A stretch of 64,000 nucleotides of DNA, taken from NCBI GenBank assembly GCA_965240325.2, contig OZ251224.1, positions 1,426,001 to 1,490,000 of the forward strand, written 5' to 3'. Position numbers and translations under genes: made by a program. Origin of the DNA: Rebecca billardiae RCC1528. Its lineage: Eukaryota > Protista > Haptophyta. Below the pieces are notes generated by a model that searched no databases, was not told the origin of the DNA, and was given only the letters and a program-made list of their open reading frames with translations. Of the stretch, positions 1 to 9,585 are shown piece after piece (position 1 is the stretch's first letter; each line of letters starts with the position of its first letter).

Positions 1-4
1 CGAC

Positions 5-730
5 ATGTCGAGCTACGCCAAGGCCTTCGCAAAGTCGTGCGCCAAGGACGAGAAGTCAGCGACGGGCCCGCGGAGGGTGGGCGCGGAGGCGCAGGCCGCG
101 GCCAAGGAGCGGCGCGAGGTGGCGCTGCAGGAGCTGCGCATGATGCGCGTGGGCATGGACGGCGACCAGAAGAAGCCCGCGCCGCAGAAGGGGAGCGGGG
201 GGATGCGCTGGTCCCTCAACGGCCTCGTGCCCCAGGCGCCGTCGGAGCAGGACGCGGACTGCGAGGACGACATGCCGCGCAGCACCAGCTGGAGGCCGTT
301 CGCCAACCTCAGGCGGGGCACCTCGGCAGATCCAGAGTCCGAGGGCGCCGACGTCTCCGTGCGCGAGTTCAGCGGCGATGACGCCGACCTGCCCGGTGGA
401 GCTACGGATGGCGCCGACGCCCGACCACGCACCGCGCGGAGCGAGGACGGCGCTGCGGCGCAGAAGAAGGACACCAAGGCGGGCACGGGTCTCAGCTCGA
501 CGATGCCCGCCAAGGTTGGGGCCGCGCCGACGGCAGCCAACAAGAAGGCGACGTCCACTGGCTTGGTCGAGAGGGAGAAGACCGGGCCCGCGCCAGCGCC
601 GGCGAAGAAGAGCACGACAACGTCGACGCTCGTGGGCTCCACCTCCGGTGGCGCCACAGCGTCGACAGATGGCTCCAGGCCAGCGTCGTCGCCAGCACCC
701 AACAAGGGTAGTGCGCCAGGCAGGAAATGA
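5..730 (+). CDS. Hypothetical low-complexity protein (241 aa), possibly missing upstream exons
   Basis: ATG-initiated ORF with coding-like GC3 bias; no recognisable domain; lies at the window edge. Confidence 0.5.
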   Translation: MSSYAKAFAKSCAKDEKSATGPRRVGAEAQAAAKERREVALQELRMMRVGMDGDQKKPAPQKGSGGMRWSLNGLVPQAPSEQDADCEDDMPRSTSWRPFANLRRGTSADPESEGADVSVREFSGDDADLPGGATDGADARPRTARSEDGAAAQKKDTKAGTGLSSTMPAKVGAAPTAANKKATSTGLVEREKTGPAPAPAKKSTTTSTLVGSTSGGATASTDGSRPASSPAPNKGSAPGRK

Positions 731-1040
731 ATAGGTGACACAGGCTGTGTATGCTGACGTACCGCGGCGTTTTAGCTCGTCGGCGACCTATGTATGGTCC
801 TATTGGTAATAACACTTGCGGCACCTAAGAAGCAGCAGCGCTACTGGGCGTGCCGGCGCAGTGACGCACATCAGAAGTTTGACACATTGTTCAATGATGC
901 ATTTAACAAGGATGCCCGCGCACGCCAGCATGGTCCGCGGTCCGCCCGCAACATAAGCCCAAGTCACACTGACTCGGGCATCGAGCACGATTTGGGCCGC
1001 ACACTCGGACACAGCCGCTCCTGACCGAGCGACGATCTGC

Positions 1041-2178
1041 CTAGAACTGCGCCATCGCCTTCTTCTGCTGCTCGCGCTCGAACGCCTTCTCGCGCTTCTT
1101 CGTCGCCGCCTGCGACTTGGGGCCCATGATGTTGCCGCCCCACAGCTTGTGCGACTTGTCCGCCTGCTCCACGTTCTTCTCCTTGATCGCGGTGATCAGG
1201 TTGGAGAAGGTCTTGCGGTCGTCCTGCCCCACCTGCGTGAACGCCACCGCGGTCGCCGTCTTCTTGTGCACGAGCTTGCCGAGGCGGCTCTTGCCCTTCA
1301 CGATGGCGTACGGGACGTCCATCTTGCGGCACAGCGCGGGCAGCCACACCACCAGCTCGATAGGGTCCACGTCGTGCGCGATCACGACCAGGCCGGCGCG
1401 CTTGGACTCGACGAGCGACGTGATGTGGTTGATGCCGAACTTGATCGCGTTCGTCTTCTTGCTCTTCGCGGCCTCGCCCTCCTCGGCCTCCTTGGCCGCC
1501 TGGCCCGTGAGGCGCTCCTTCTTCTCCGCGCGCGTCTCCGGCTTGTACTTCGCCGCGAGCTTGAAGAACTCGGTGGCTGCGCGGCGGGCCGGCGTGGCGC
1601 ACAGCGGCGGGAGGGCCCGTGTGAGGCGACAGGCACGACAGGCGCGCGCGCGGGCCTGACCACGCCCCTGGCGCGGGCGGAGGCACGGGCGGCGAGGCGT
1701 GGCACGGCAGCTGCGTTCCCGCCGCGCACGCGCGGCGCGGTGCCCGCACCGAGCTGCTTGTCCAGCGTGTCCGAGAACTGGTTGATGGAGGGCGGCACCT
1801 TCAGCCGCTGGTACAGGATCTTGCGCTGCCTCTGCAGCCGCACGTACTTCGGCCAGGCGACGAAGCGGCCCATGTCCGTCTTCGGACGGATGTCACCACC
1901 AATGCCAAAGTTCTTTGGCTTCTTCTCCCATTGCGGCCCTGTCGGCTCGTCCTTGGACGCCTTTGGCGGGTCGTACGGCTGCGGCGGTGCCGCGGCCTTC
2001 TTTCCCTTCGTGGCCTTCGGCTGCGCGCGCACGGGAACGCGGGGCGCGGAGGGCGGCACGCGCACACGCGATACGATGCGCGTCAGCCACGTCGCACGAT
2101 TTGAGCCCCAGGCTGGCGCCTTGGCTGCTGCCCCGCCCTGTCGGGCGTGCGCCGTGCACGTGAGTGCGCCCGCACCAT
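1041..2178 (-). CDS. RPL7A: 60S ribosomal protein L7a (eL8); exons 2178-2176, 2020-1750, 1576-1041 (269 aa)
   Basis: Motifs [36 protein letters not shown] and [35 protein letters not shown]. Two GT-AG introns (2175-2021, 1749-1577) restore one frame of 810 nt. Confidence 0.97.
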
Positions 2179-2361
2179 GGTGGGTGAGCGACGACCACGA
2201 GGACGACTCCCGGACCCGCATCGTTGTCAGGACTCCGCGCGTCTAGTATTTTTTCAGCGGTCGTCCTTTTTCCGCGCGCGCTGCTGCTTTTTGTTTTTGC
2301 GCCGCGGTCCATGTCCCGCGATTCGAACGCTCGACAAGGCGCTCACGTCCAGCGACTCATC

Positions 2362-3051
2362 ATGGCCTCCCTGGCCTTCTACGAGCGCTCGGAGGCCGGG
2401 CAACGCGCGTCCGCGAGGGAGGCGTTCTTGATCAGCCGGCTCGCTGGCGGGCTGACTGATCGACGTGCTCGCTATGTCGCGCTCCAGCATGCAAACGCCG
2501 CTCGTGCCGACACGACCGCGGTACGCGCCGAGATGCTCGCGTGCGAACAGCTGCGCGCCCAGATCGAGCGTGATTGGGCACTCGACTCCGGCGCGCGAGG
2601 CGAGGGCGGCGAGTCGCTCAGGCCCGCAAACTCAGCGACACGTCAATACCAGGCCATGCTCGAGAGCCGTGCGGCCGAAACGGTGAGTGAAGGCACGTTC
2701 AAGCTGGGCCCCCGCGAGTTTGTCGAGTCTGTCGAGCTGCGCGAGTACAAGCTCGCAGAGGCGAAGCGCGTCGCGTTGGCCGGACCGTTTCGCATCCAGG
2801 ACGAGCAACCAGTTCGCATTGAGCAAGCTCGAGCGCTTGCGCAGAACAACCGCGCATACGTCTCGCGCATCGAGAACACGGGCCGCACGCGCGCGCCGCG
2901 TCCAGGCGCGGCTCAACTGGACGAGGCACACACGGCCGCGCAGACCTTCATGCACGCCGAACGCGTGCGTCGGGGCCGGGGGCCCGAGCCCGTGCGGGGA
3001 CGCATGCACGCGGGAAGTGGTATACGCACGCGCTTCTCGGCCGTGGTGTGA
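2362..3051 (+). CDS. Hypothetical protein (~229 aa), divergent from RPL7A
   Basis: ORF from ATG 2362 (MASLAFYERSEAG) with ordinary helical composition; no domain recognised. Confidence 0.6.
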   Translation: MASLAFYERSEAGQRASAREAFLISRLAGGLTDRRARYVALQHANAARADTTAVRAEMLACEQLRAQIERDWALDSGARGEGGESLRPANSATRQYQAMLESRAAETVSEGTFKLGPREFVESVELREYKLAEAKRVALAGPFRIQDEQPVRIEQARALAQNNRAYVSRIENTGRTRAPRPGAAQLDEAHTAAQTFMHAERVRRGRGPEPVRGRMHAGSGIRTRFSAVV

Positions 3052-3551
3052 GTTGCACAGCGCATCATATATCGCGTCGTCATCAGCGCGCATCGCCATC
3101 GTGATCGGCCGGGACCTCCGGCTCCGCCACGGCGCCAGTGACTGGCCTCCGCGACCGGGTCCGGGTGCTAGGGGTCTGGCACCGGTCCCGGGTTACACCG
3201 GCATCGACACCGTTGATCACCGCCGGGTCCAATCCAAGTAGTCTTAGTCTTAGGAGTCGTCTCATCGATCACCGCCGGAATTCTTGACTCCATGACGTCG
3301 ATGACCAGACCATTCTGATGATGATGCGTGTCTGACACAGAAGGTCATCAAGCTGCTACAGTCTGCTGCTGATGCTCGGATGCGTCGACGACGCCGAACG
3401 CGTGAGTATGTTCGTCTGAAGTCCTCCGACGACTTGCATGGAACGGTGATTACTGTACTGTGACGAATAAGGCTGAAGCTGCTGATGGCGCGCGGAGCTG
3501 GGCACCACCGCTGCCACCACTCGGAGCATGATGATTGATGTCAGAGGAGTC

Positions 3552-5720
3552 TCAGCCCCACACGTCCTGCTGGTACTGGCCGGATTTCTGCATCCGCGCC
3601 ATGCGCTCCTCGGCAGCCTCCGTGGAAGTCCCGCCGTGCTCGGCGAGTATGCGCACCAGCTCAGCGCGCACGGCGTGCGCGAGCGCGCCGCTGCCGCACA
3701 CGTACACGTGGGCGCCCTCCGCGCCCACCAGCTTGTGCACAGCCGCCGCGTCGCGCGCAAGCGCGTGCTGCACGTACGCGGGCCCGGTGCGCGGCACCTC
3801 GCGCGAGAGGGCGTACTCGACGCGCGAGAGCACGCCGCCCTCGCCACTCGCTGCCCACGCGTCCAGCTGCGCACGGAGCGGGATCTCCCCACGGGTGCGG
3901 CAGCCAAGGTACAGAAGCGCCCGACCCAGAGCGCACGCGCCGGCGTCGGCGGCCGAGACCGCCGCGCTCGCAAGGGCCGCCTCGCGCCGCTCGAAGAAGC
4001 CGAGGAACGGCGCGAGCCCGCTGCCGGCGGCGACGCACAGCATGGGCGTCGCCATGCTCGGCGGCGGCTTGAACGCCGACGCGTGCCCGCTCACCCAGAC
4101 CGAGTCCCGGCCCGGCTTGGCGCGCGCAAGGTGAGCAGAGCACACGCCCAGGGCCCCGCCTGGCCGCCGCTGCAGGGTCGCTAGGAGCGCGAGCACGGCG
4201 GTCGGCCCTTCGGCGTCGGGTTCGGCGCGCTCGGCGCCCTCCGCGTGCGCGCCCAGCGCGCGCTCGACCGCCAGCCGCGGGTCGCACGCGAGTGAGAAGA
4301 AGCGGGGCTGCAGCCGCGGCAGCGAGCCCAGCAGCCCGCCCGCGTCCGGCCGCGCGGCGGGGAACTCGGTGAGGGCGCCGAGCAGCGTGGCGCCCTCCGA
4401 GCCGCTCCAGGCGCGATACGCCTCGCCCCCTTTGGCAAGCTCGAGCAGCCGCCCCCGCTGCGCCTGCGCGCTCGCCGCCCCGCCGCCCTGCGCCTCCTCA
4501 CCCTCCGCGCCGCACGAGCGCGCGAGCACCGCCAGCGTCTCGGGCGGCGGCGGCGCGTGCGCGTCCAGCCACTCGCACAGCATGGCGCGCATGCTGCACG
4601 GGCACGGGAAGCGGTACTCGTGCGCGGCTGCGGCGCGCTCGGCGGCGGCAGCCGCAGGCCCGGGCGGCGTGATCCGCGCGCGCAGCTCGGCGACGGCGCT
4701 GAGCCGCAGCCGCAGCCGCGTCGCCAGCTGCACGGCCGTGACCGGCCCTCCGTGTGCGTGCAGACCGATGTGGTCGCCCACGTCGAGCGAGCGCGCGAGC
4801 GCGACGGGCACGCGCAGGCGCACGAGCAGGCGCTCGCTGCGCGGGGGCTCGAATGTCGACGCGGGCGGCGCGGCGGACACGCTCGCCCCCGCAGCCGCGC
4901 CCTCAGCTGCGCCGCGCGCCGCGCCGCCGCACGGCGCGAGCAGCAGGCCGGCGGTGTCGGCGCGCGCGGTGCTTAGCACGAGCGCGCGCGTTTGCTCGGT
5001 GCGATCGAGGCGCGTGGTGCCCAGCGAGGCCAGCACGGGCGCGGGCGGCGTCTCGCCCGGCCGGAGCGGCACGTACACCAGCTCGAACGCCCCCTCGGCT
5101 GCGTCGTCCCCCCCGCTCTCCTCGGCGGCGGCGTGCACGCTCGCAGGCACGCCGAGGTGTGCCCAGAGCGCCGCGCACCACGCGCCAAAGTCGGCGCGCA
5201 GGTTGCCCGCGTCGTCGCCCAGCGCGAGCGGGAGCGCACGCGTCGCGCGGCCCGAGCGCGCGAGCCGCCGGTCCACTCGGCGCGCCACCGCGTTGAAGTG
5301 CTGGTACGCGGTGTGGCCGAGGCCGAAGACGCAGAACGGCGCATGCAGCTCGACCTCGCCCGCGCGCAACGCGGCGCAAAAGTCCGCCGCGTCGGCAGGC
5401 GGCGCGCCGTCGCCATGGGTGGCGACGAGGATGATCACGAGATCCGGCGGCTCCGTCACGCACGGCTGCCCGAGCACCCCCGAGCGCCAGACTGACAGGT
5501 TGCTCGCCTCGGCTCGGAGGCCGCGCGCGCGCGCCGCGCGGCACAGCTCGCGCGCGAAACCCTCAGCCGTGCCCGTCTCCGAGCCGAAATGGATCGACAC
5601 GGCTGGCTGCCGCGGCGAGGTGGCATCTGCCGCACGTGCTTGCGCCGGTCGCCGTCGTCGCGCGAGGTATGCCAAGCCGAGCACGACGGAGAGGAGAGTG
5701 GCCGCGAGCGCGAACAGCAT
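3552..5720 (-). CDS. NADPH-cytochrome P450 reductase-like diflavin oxidoreductase with N-terminal membrane anchor
   Basis: Hydrophobic N-terminus. Flavodoxin motifs FGSETGTAEGFA, ATHGDG, VFGLGHTAYQHFN, LGDD. FAD motifs LQPRFFSLA and GVCS. NADPH motifs AAGSGLAPFLGF, LYLGCR, ALSRE, YVQH, VYVCG. C-terminal YQQDVWG. Confidence 0.92.
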   Translation of the reverse strand: MLFALAATLLSVVLGLAYLARRRRPAQARAADATSPRQPAVSIHFGSETGTAEGFARELCRAARARGLRAEASNLSVWRSGVLGQPCVTEPPDLVIILVATHGDGAPPADAADFCAALRAGEVELHAPFCVFGLGHTAYQHFNAVARRVDRRLARSGRATRALPLALGDDAGNLRADFGAWCAALWAHLGVPASVHAAAEESGGDDAAEGAFELVYVPLRPGETPPAPVLASLGTTRLDRTEQTRALVLSTARADTAGLLLAPCGGAARGAAEGAAAGASVSAAPPASTFEPPRSERLLVRLRVPVALARSLDVGDHIGLHAHGGPVTAVQLATRLRLRLSAVAELRARITPPGPAAAAAERAAAAHEYRFPCPCSMRAMLCEWLDAHAPPPPETLAVLARSCGAEGEEAQGGGAASAQAQRGRLLELAKGGEAYRAWSGSEGATLLGALTEFPAARPDAGGLLGSLPRLQPRFFSLACDPRLAVERALGAHAEGAERAEPDAEGPTAVLALLATLQRRPGGALGVCSAHLARAKPGRDSVWVSGHASAFKPPPSMATPMLCVAAGSGLAPFLGFFERREAALASAAVSAADAGACALGRALLYLGCRTRGEIPLRAQLDAWAASGEGGVLSRVEYALSREVPRTGPAYVQHALARDAAAVHKLVGAEGAHVYVCGSGALAHAVRAELVRILAEHGGTSTEAAEERMARMQKSGQYQQDVWG

Positions 5721-5872
5721 CTGAAGCGCCTGCCGTGCATCGCGTCTGCGGCGAGTGGCACAGCACCGGACCGTGCAGTGACCTCACCCGGACATGCCAC
5801 CGTTCGGAGCGGACCAAGCCTGTCGCCCTCCGCAGCCGAGCGAGCGAGCGCGACCGCTCGAGGGCTGTCAAC

Positions 5873-7009
5873 ATGGCGGACTCGCCGAGCGCCAAGGAGG
5901 AGATGCGCAAGAAGTTGGCGGCCAAGCAGGCCGAGCTCGAGAAGCTACGACAGGCGGTCGCGGAAAAGGAGAGGGCCCGGAAGGAAGCCGCGGCTGCCGC
6001 CGCTGCGGCAGCAGCCGCTGGAGCAGCAATGGCAGCGGCCGCTCCCGACCGCAGAGCGCCCGACAAGCCTGCCAAGCTGGCCGACATGCCACCGCTCGGA
6101 GGATTCCCTCCGCCGCGACGCGTGCCCCCGCCAACGTTCCCTCCGCCCGGCCCGAAGCAGCCAGCGCCCCTGGCCGCACCTTCAGCGGCTGCGGAGGCGC
6201 GCAGCGCCGCGCCCGGCGTGCTCTCGCGTCTGGGCCCGGCGCCCTCGCGGCCGGCAGCTGGAGCACCTGAGGCCGGTGGTGGGGCTGCGAAGCCACTCGC
6301 GAGGCCCGCCACTTCCGACCCGCTCACCGCTGCCGCCGCCAAGCGGCCCAGACCAGCACAGGCCACGGCCGCAGGCAACAGCAGCGGTGCCCAGCAGGCG
6401 CCAGCGCCAAAGCCGGCAGCTGCTGCAGCCAGCTTCGAGATCAAGACGTTCGAGCAGATCAAAGCCGAGCGCGCCGCTGCAGCTGCCTCTGCTCCGACAG
6501 CCGCGCCGCCGGCCCAACCAGCCCCGGCAGCGAGGCCCAAGCCGCAGCCCGCCAGGGCCGGGGCCGCAGGGCGGGCGCCTGCCGAGGCAAAGGCGAGCGC
6601 CGGGGCGAGTGCAGGGGGCCATGCAGGCAAGCAGGGCAAGGGCGCGACTGGCGCGCCATCTGCGCCCGCCGCGCAGGTGCGCATGCCCAGCTCAGCGGTG
6701 CAGGCAGCGGCCGCGGCCGCGAGCAACAAAGCTCCCGCGTCCGTCCGCGCGCAGGCCACAGCTCCTGGCGGGCACCAGGCAGCCCCGCAGGGCGCCGCGG
6801 CGAAGCCGGCAGCGGCCAAGGGTGGCGCGGCAGCAGCAGCAGCAGCAGCCGCACACCCTCCCGCGCCGCGGGCAGGCGCGGCCCCGGCCGCCCCGGATGA
6901 TGACGAGCTTCTCGAGGGCATCGACGACGCGGAGGAAGCGACTGGCGAGTACAGCGCGGAGGCCTTTGACAAGGAGATGCTCGACATGGAATCGCTGCTG
7001 GCGACGTGA
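5873..7009 (+). CDS. Ala/Pro-rich protein with N-terminal coiled coil, KTFEQI motif and acidic C-terminal helix
   Basis: ATG 5873 (MADSPSAKEEMRKKL); FEIKTFEQIKAER motif; C-terminus DDDELLEGIDD...DKEMLDMESLLAT. Confidence 0.75.
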   Translation: MADSPSAKEEMRKKLAAKQAELEKLRQAVAEKERARKEAAAAAAAAAAAGAAMAAAAPDRRAPDKPAKLADMPPLGGFPPPRRVPPPTFPPPGPKQPAPLAAPSAAAEARSAAPGVLSRLGPAPSRPAAGAPEAGGGAAKPLARPATSDPLTAAAAKRPRPAQATAAGNSSGAQQAPAPKPAAAAASFEIKTFEQIKAERAAAAASAPTAAPPAQPAPAARPKPQPARAGAAGRAPAEAKASAGASAGGHAGKQGKGATGAPSAPAAQVRMPSSAVQAAAAAASNKAPASVRAQATAPGGHQAAPQGAAAKPAAAKGGAAAAAAAAAHPPAPRAGAAPAAPDDDELLEGIDDAEEATGEYSAEAFDKEMLDMESLLAT

Positions 7010-7302
7010 CGGCTGAGACGGTCTCGCACGGACAGCAGGCTCAGACGAAGTCTCGCGCGCGCAGCAGTCAGCAGGTTCATGCCGCGCATCATCGCCAGAC
7101 ACGGACCTCAATGACAGTCCTGGCGGATTCAACGGGCAGGGCGCAGCGCCAGCCCGCGGTGCCGCGCCTGCTGACTGCGCTGCCGCCGCCGCCGCGCTCT
7201 CGGCTCTGGAGTCTGGCCGGCCGCCGCTCGTCATCGTCAGTCTTTTTCTGCTATAGCTTAGTGTTAAAGTTTCTGCTAGTCGTAATGCATATACATTATT
7301 AT

Positions 7303-7795
7303 GGCGCACGGCCCCCCCGAAAGGTCTGACTCTGAGCGTGAGCGAAAGCCGGGGGGGGCGGCGCACGCGTGCTCCGCAAAGTCAAAAAAGAGGATGCGCG
7401 CAGGATTTGGGGGATTTCTGTAGGTGGATTTAGGTGTGAAACCGCAGCATTTGAGTCCATATCGCTGCTCATGATTGCGTTTGTACTGCTCCTTAATCGT
7501 TGGATAGTAAGTAATAGAAGAATTCGGAATCAAATAGGACGAAGTCATCTGTAGCTACCATTCTGATAGTCAAGATTCGTGTGTTGAACTGACCATAAAA
7601 AAGGTGAGATATCGAACGAATTCTCTGGATAGCTGTTCACTCCTCAGATTCATCAAAGCGACGCGATATGGTATTGCGCGGGTAGCTTGAATGGACGTTC
7701 CCGCGCGCCCTGGTATCATACGGTTAGCAAGCTACTGTTGTTGATATGCTTTTGGTCATCTGTTGATACGACGTCAATGCGGGTGGCAATCCATT
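7303..7795 (+). repeat. Left ~490-bp terminal inverted repeat (partner 55011-55493)
   Basis: Reverse complement aligns along its whole length with 55011-55493, with scattered substitutions and small indels. Starts GGCGCACGGCCCCCCCGAAAGG and is preceded by ATTATTAT. Confidence 0.93.
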
Positions 7796-8455
7796 CTTGG
7801 GCCTGAAATCTCATGAGCATAAGAATTTCTATACCGCTTCACGCACGACCCTTGATTCTCTCCCATTTAATACCGGCGCGTCCAGGAGAGCTTGACGAAT
7901 ATGAACGATACTGTAAACTGGTTCCCGCGCGCGATTCATAACCGTATCCTTTCTGATTATGATAGTTATCTCCCGTTGATTAATACTGCTCGTCATCACA
8001 CGGCTTCGCGCGATGATACAAAAGCTGGCCACACGGAGCCTCTGAGAGGCGGGCAATGCGTACTCTGGGTGCGAAAGCGCGTGGCGCGTGGGGGCGAGGC
8101 GCGTTTCCGTCGCTGTATTTCCAGCTGACCATGCGCGCGCCCGCGCGCGCCACGCCGCACGCCCGCGCAGCTGAACTCTCGGCATGTTCGCGGGAAGTCG
8201 CTCGCCCAAGCCCTCACGCTCGCGCCGTCCTAATGACCATGGCCGCGCTGTGATGGCTCCGCGTGCGGAGTGCTGACCGTGAGCCTCTCTCTCTCTGGCT
8301 GCGCATGACGGCGCGGCAAGCAGCGCGCGCAGATCTGCGGGCGACGAGGCTGGGCGCCAGTCCTCGCAGCACGAGGCCGAGCGCGGACATCTGTTTTGCT
8401 CGCGACGAGGCTGGGCTTAGAACCGCTTAGATCTGCGAGCGGCGAGTCCGCGACG

Positions 8456-8968
8456 ATGGCGAGGTGGCATATGCTACGGGCGACGCCGTGCTCCTCTCTC
8501 GCCCGTGCTCGCAGTCGCCCTCGCGCTCCAGGCCGTCGGCCGACAGCACCCGCGGCGGCGCCGACGCGCACAGCGGCCCTCGCACTGCATCGATCGACGC
8601 GGCGGCGAGGCTGACAGACAAAGGTCGCAATCCAGGGTGTCACGTGCCGTGGGGAGCTCATTGTGCCCGCATTCGAGGGAAAGACGCCGAGGGCGTGCAA
8701 GGAGCGGCTGCTGCGGCTGCGGGAGGTCGGAGACAGGCTCGAGCCGCGGCTGCTCGCGACGCTCTTTCCCGCCGCCGACCGGCCGACGAGCTGCGAGCTC
8801 AGAGCTGCGAGCTCATTCATCCGACGCTGCGCCGATCCCGCCGAGCGCGCAAGGCTGTGCGAGGCTGAGACGGGCGAGCTGCCGAGCGCGATCTCTGCGC
8901 TGCGCGCGGCCCCAGCAGGGCTGCCCGAAGCGCACCGGGCGGAGGCGCTGCGGCTGCTGCGCCGTTGA
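8456..8968 (+). pseudogene. Frameshifted Myb/SANT-like gene remnant
   Basis: HVPW joins ELIVPAFEGKTPRACKERL across a 1-nt frameshift near 8652, resembling the Myb W..I...F.GRT...CK.R helix. Upstream MARW and DAVLL lie in different frames. Confidence 0.4.
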
Positions 8969-9585
8969 GTTCGACACGGCGCAGCCCCCCGACGGGCCAT
9001 CGATCGCGTCGATTACTCGCGCCCGCGCCGGCCGCGCCTCCTGCACGGCGACGTGCCGGGCGCGCGCATCGTGATCGTGATTCGGTGAAGAACGCGACAA
9101 CTACCAGGGCCGTGCGCCCTCAACTTCGTTGTTTACTACCCGAAGATCGGCGTAGCCGATCATTATCATCATTGCGCATTCGGCATGTGCGCGCAAGCTG
9201 CTTCGTCAATTTATTATATATAAGGGCTTAATTAAAGGCGCGCGCGCTATATAACTACGACGAATGATCGATATATTCGATGATGACGATGATGATGACG
9301 ATGTCGTCAGTCATGTCAGATGATGGTCGTCACATCAGTAGCAGTCACACCCTGCCGCCTGGCCGCCTGCGGCTGCGGCTGCGGCTCGGGCGGGCGTGGC
9401 CGGCGTCGCGTTGGCCCGTCCGGGGGCCCGCAGAGTCCGGGCCTGTCCGGAATCCGGATCACAGAATTCAGTAGACGATGTCATGCATCACGATGACTGC
9501 TTCATCATCAATAATGACGAGTCAATATGATGACGATCAGCAGCAGCGCAGTCTGACTGACCCCCCAGCAGCGGCCACTGGGGCC

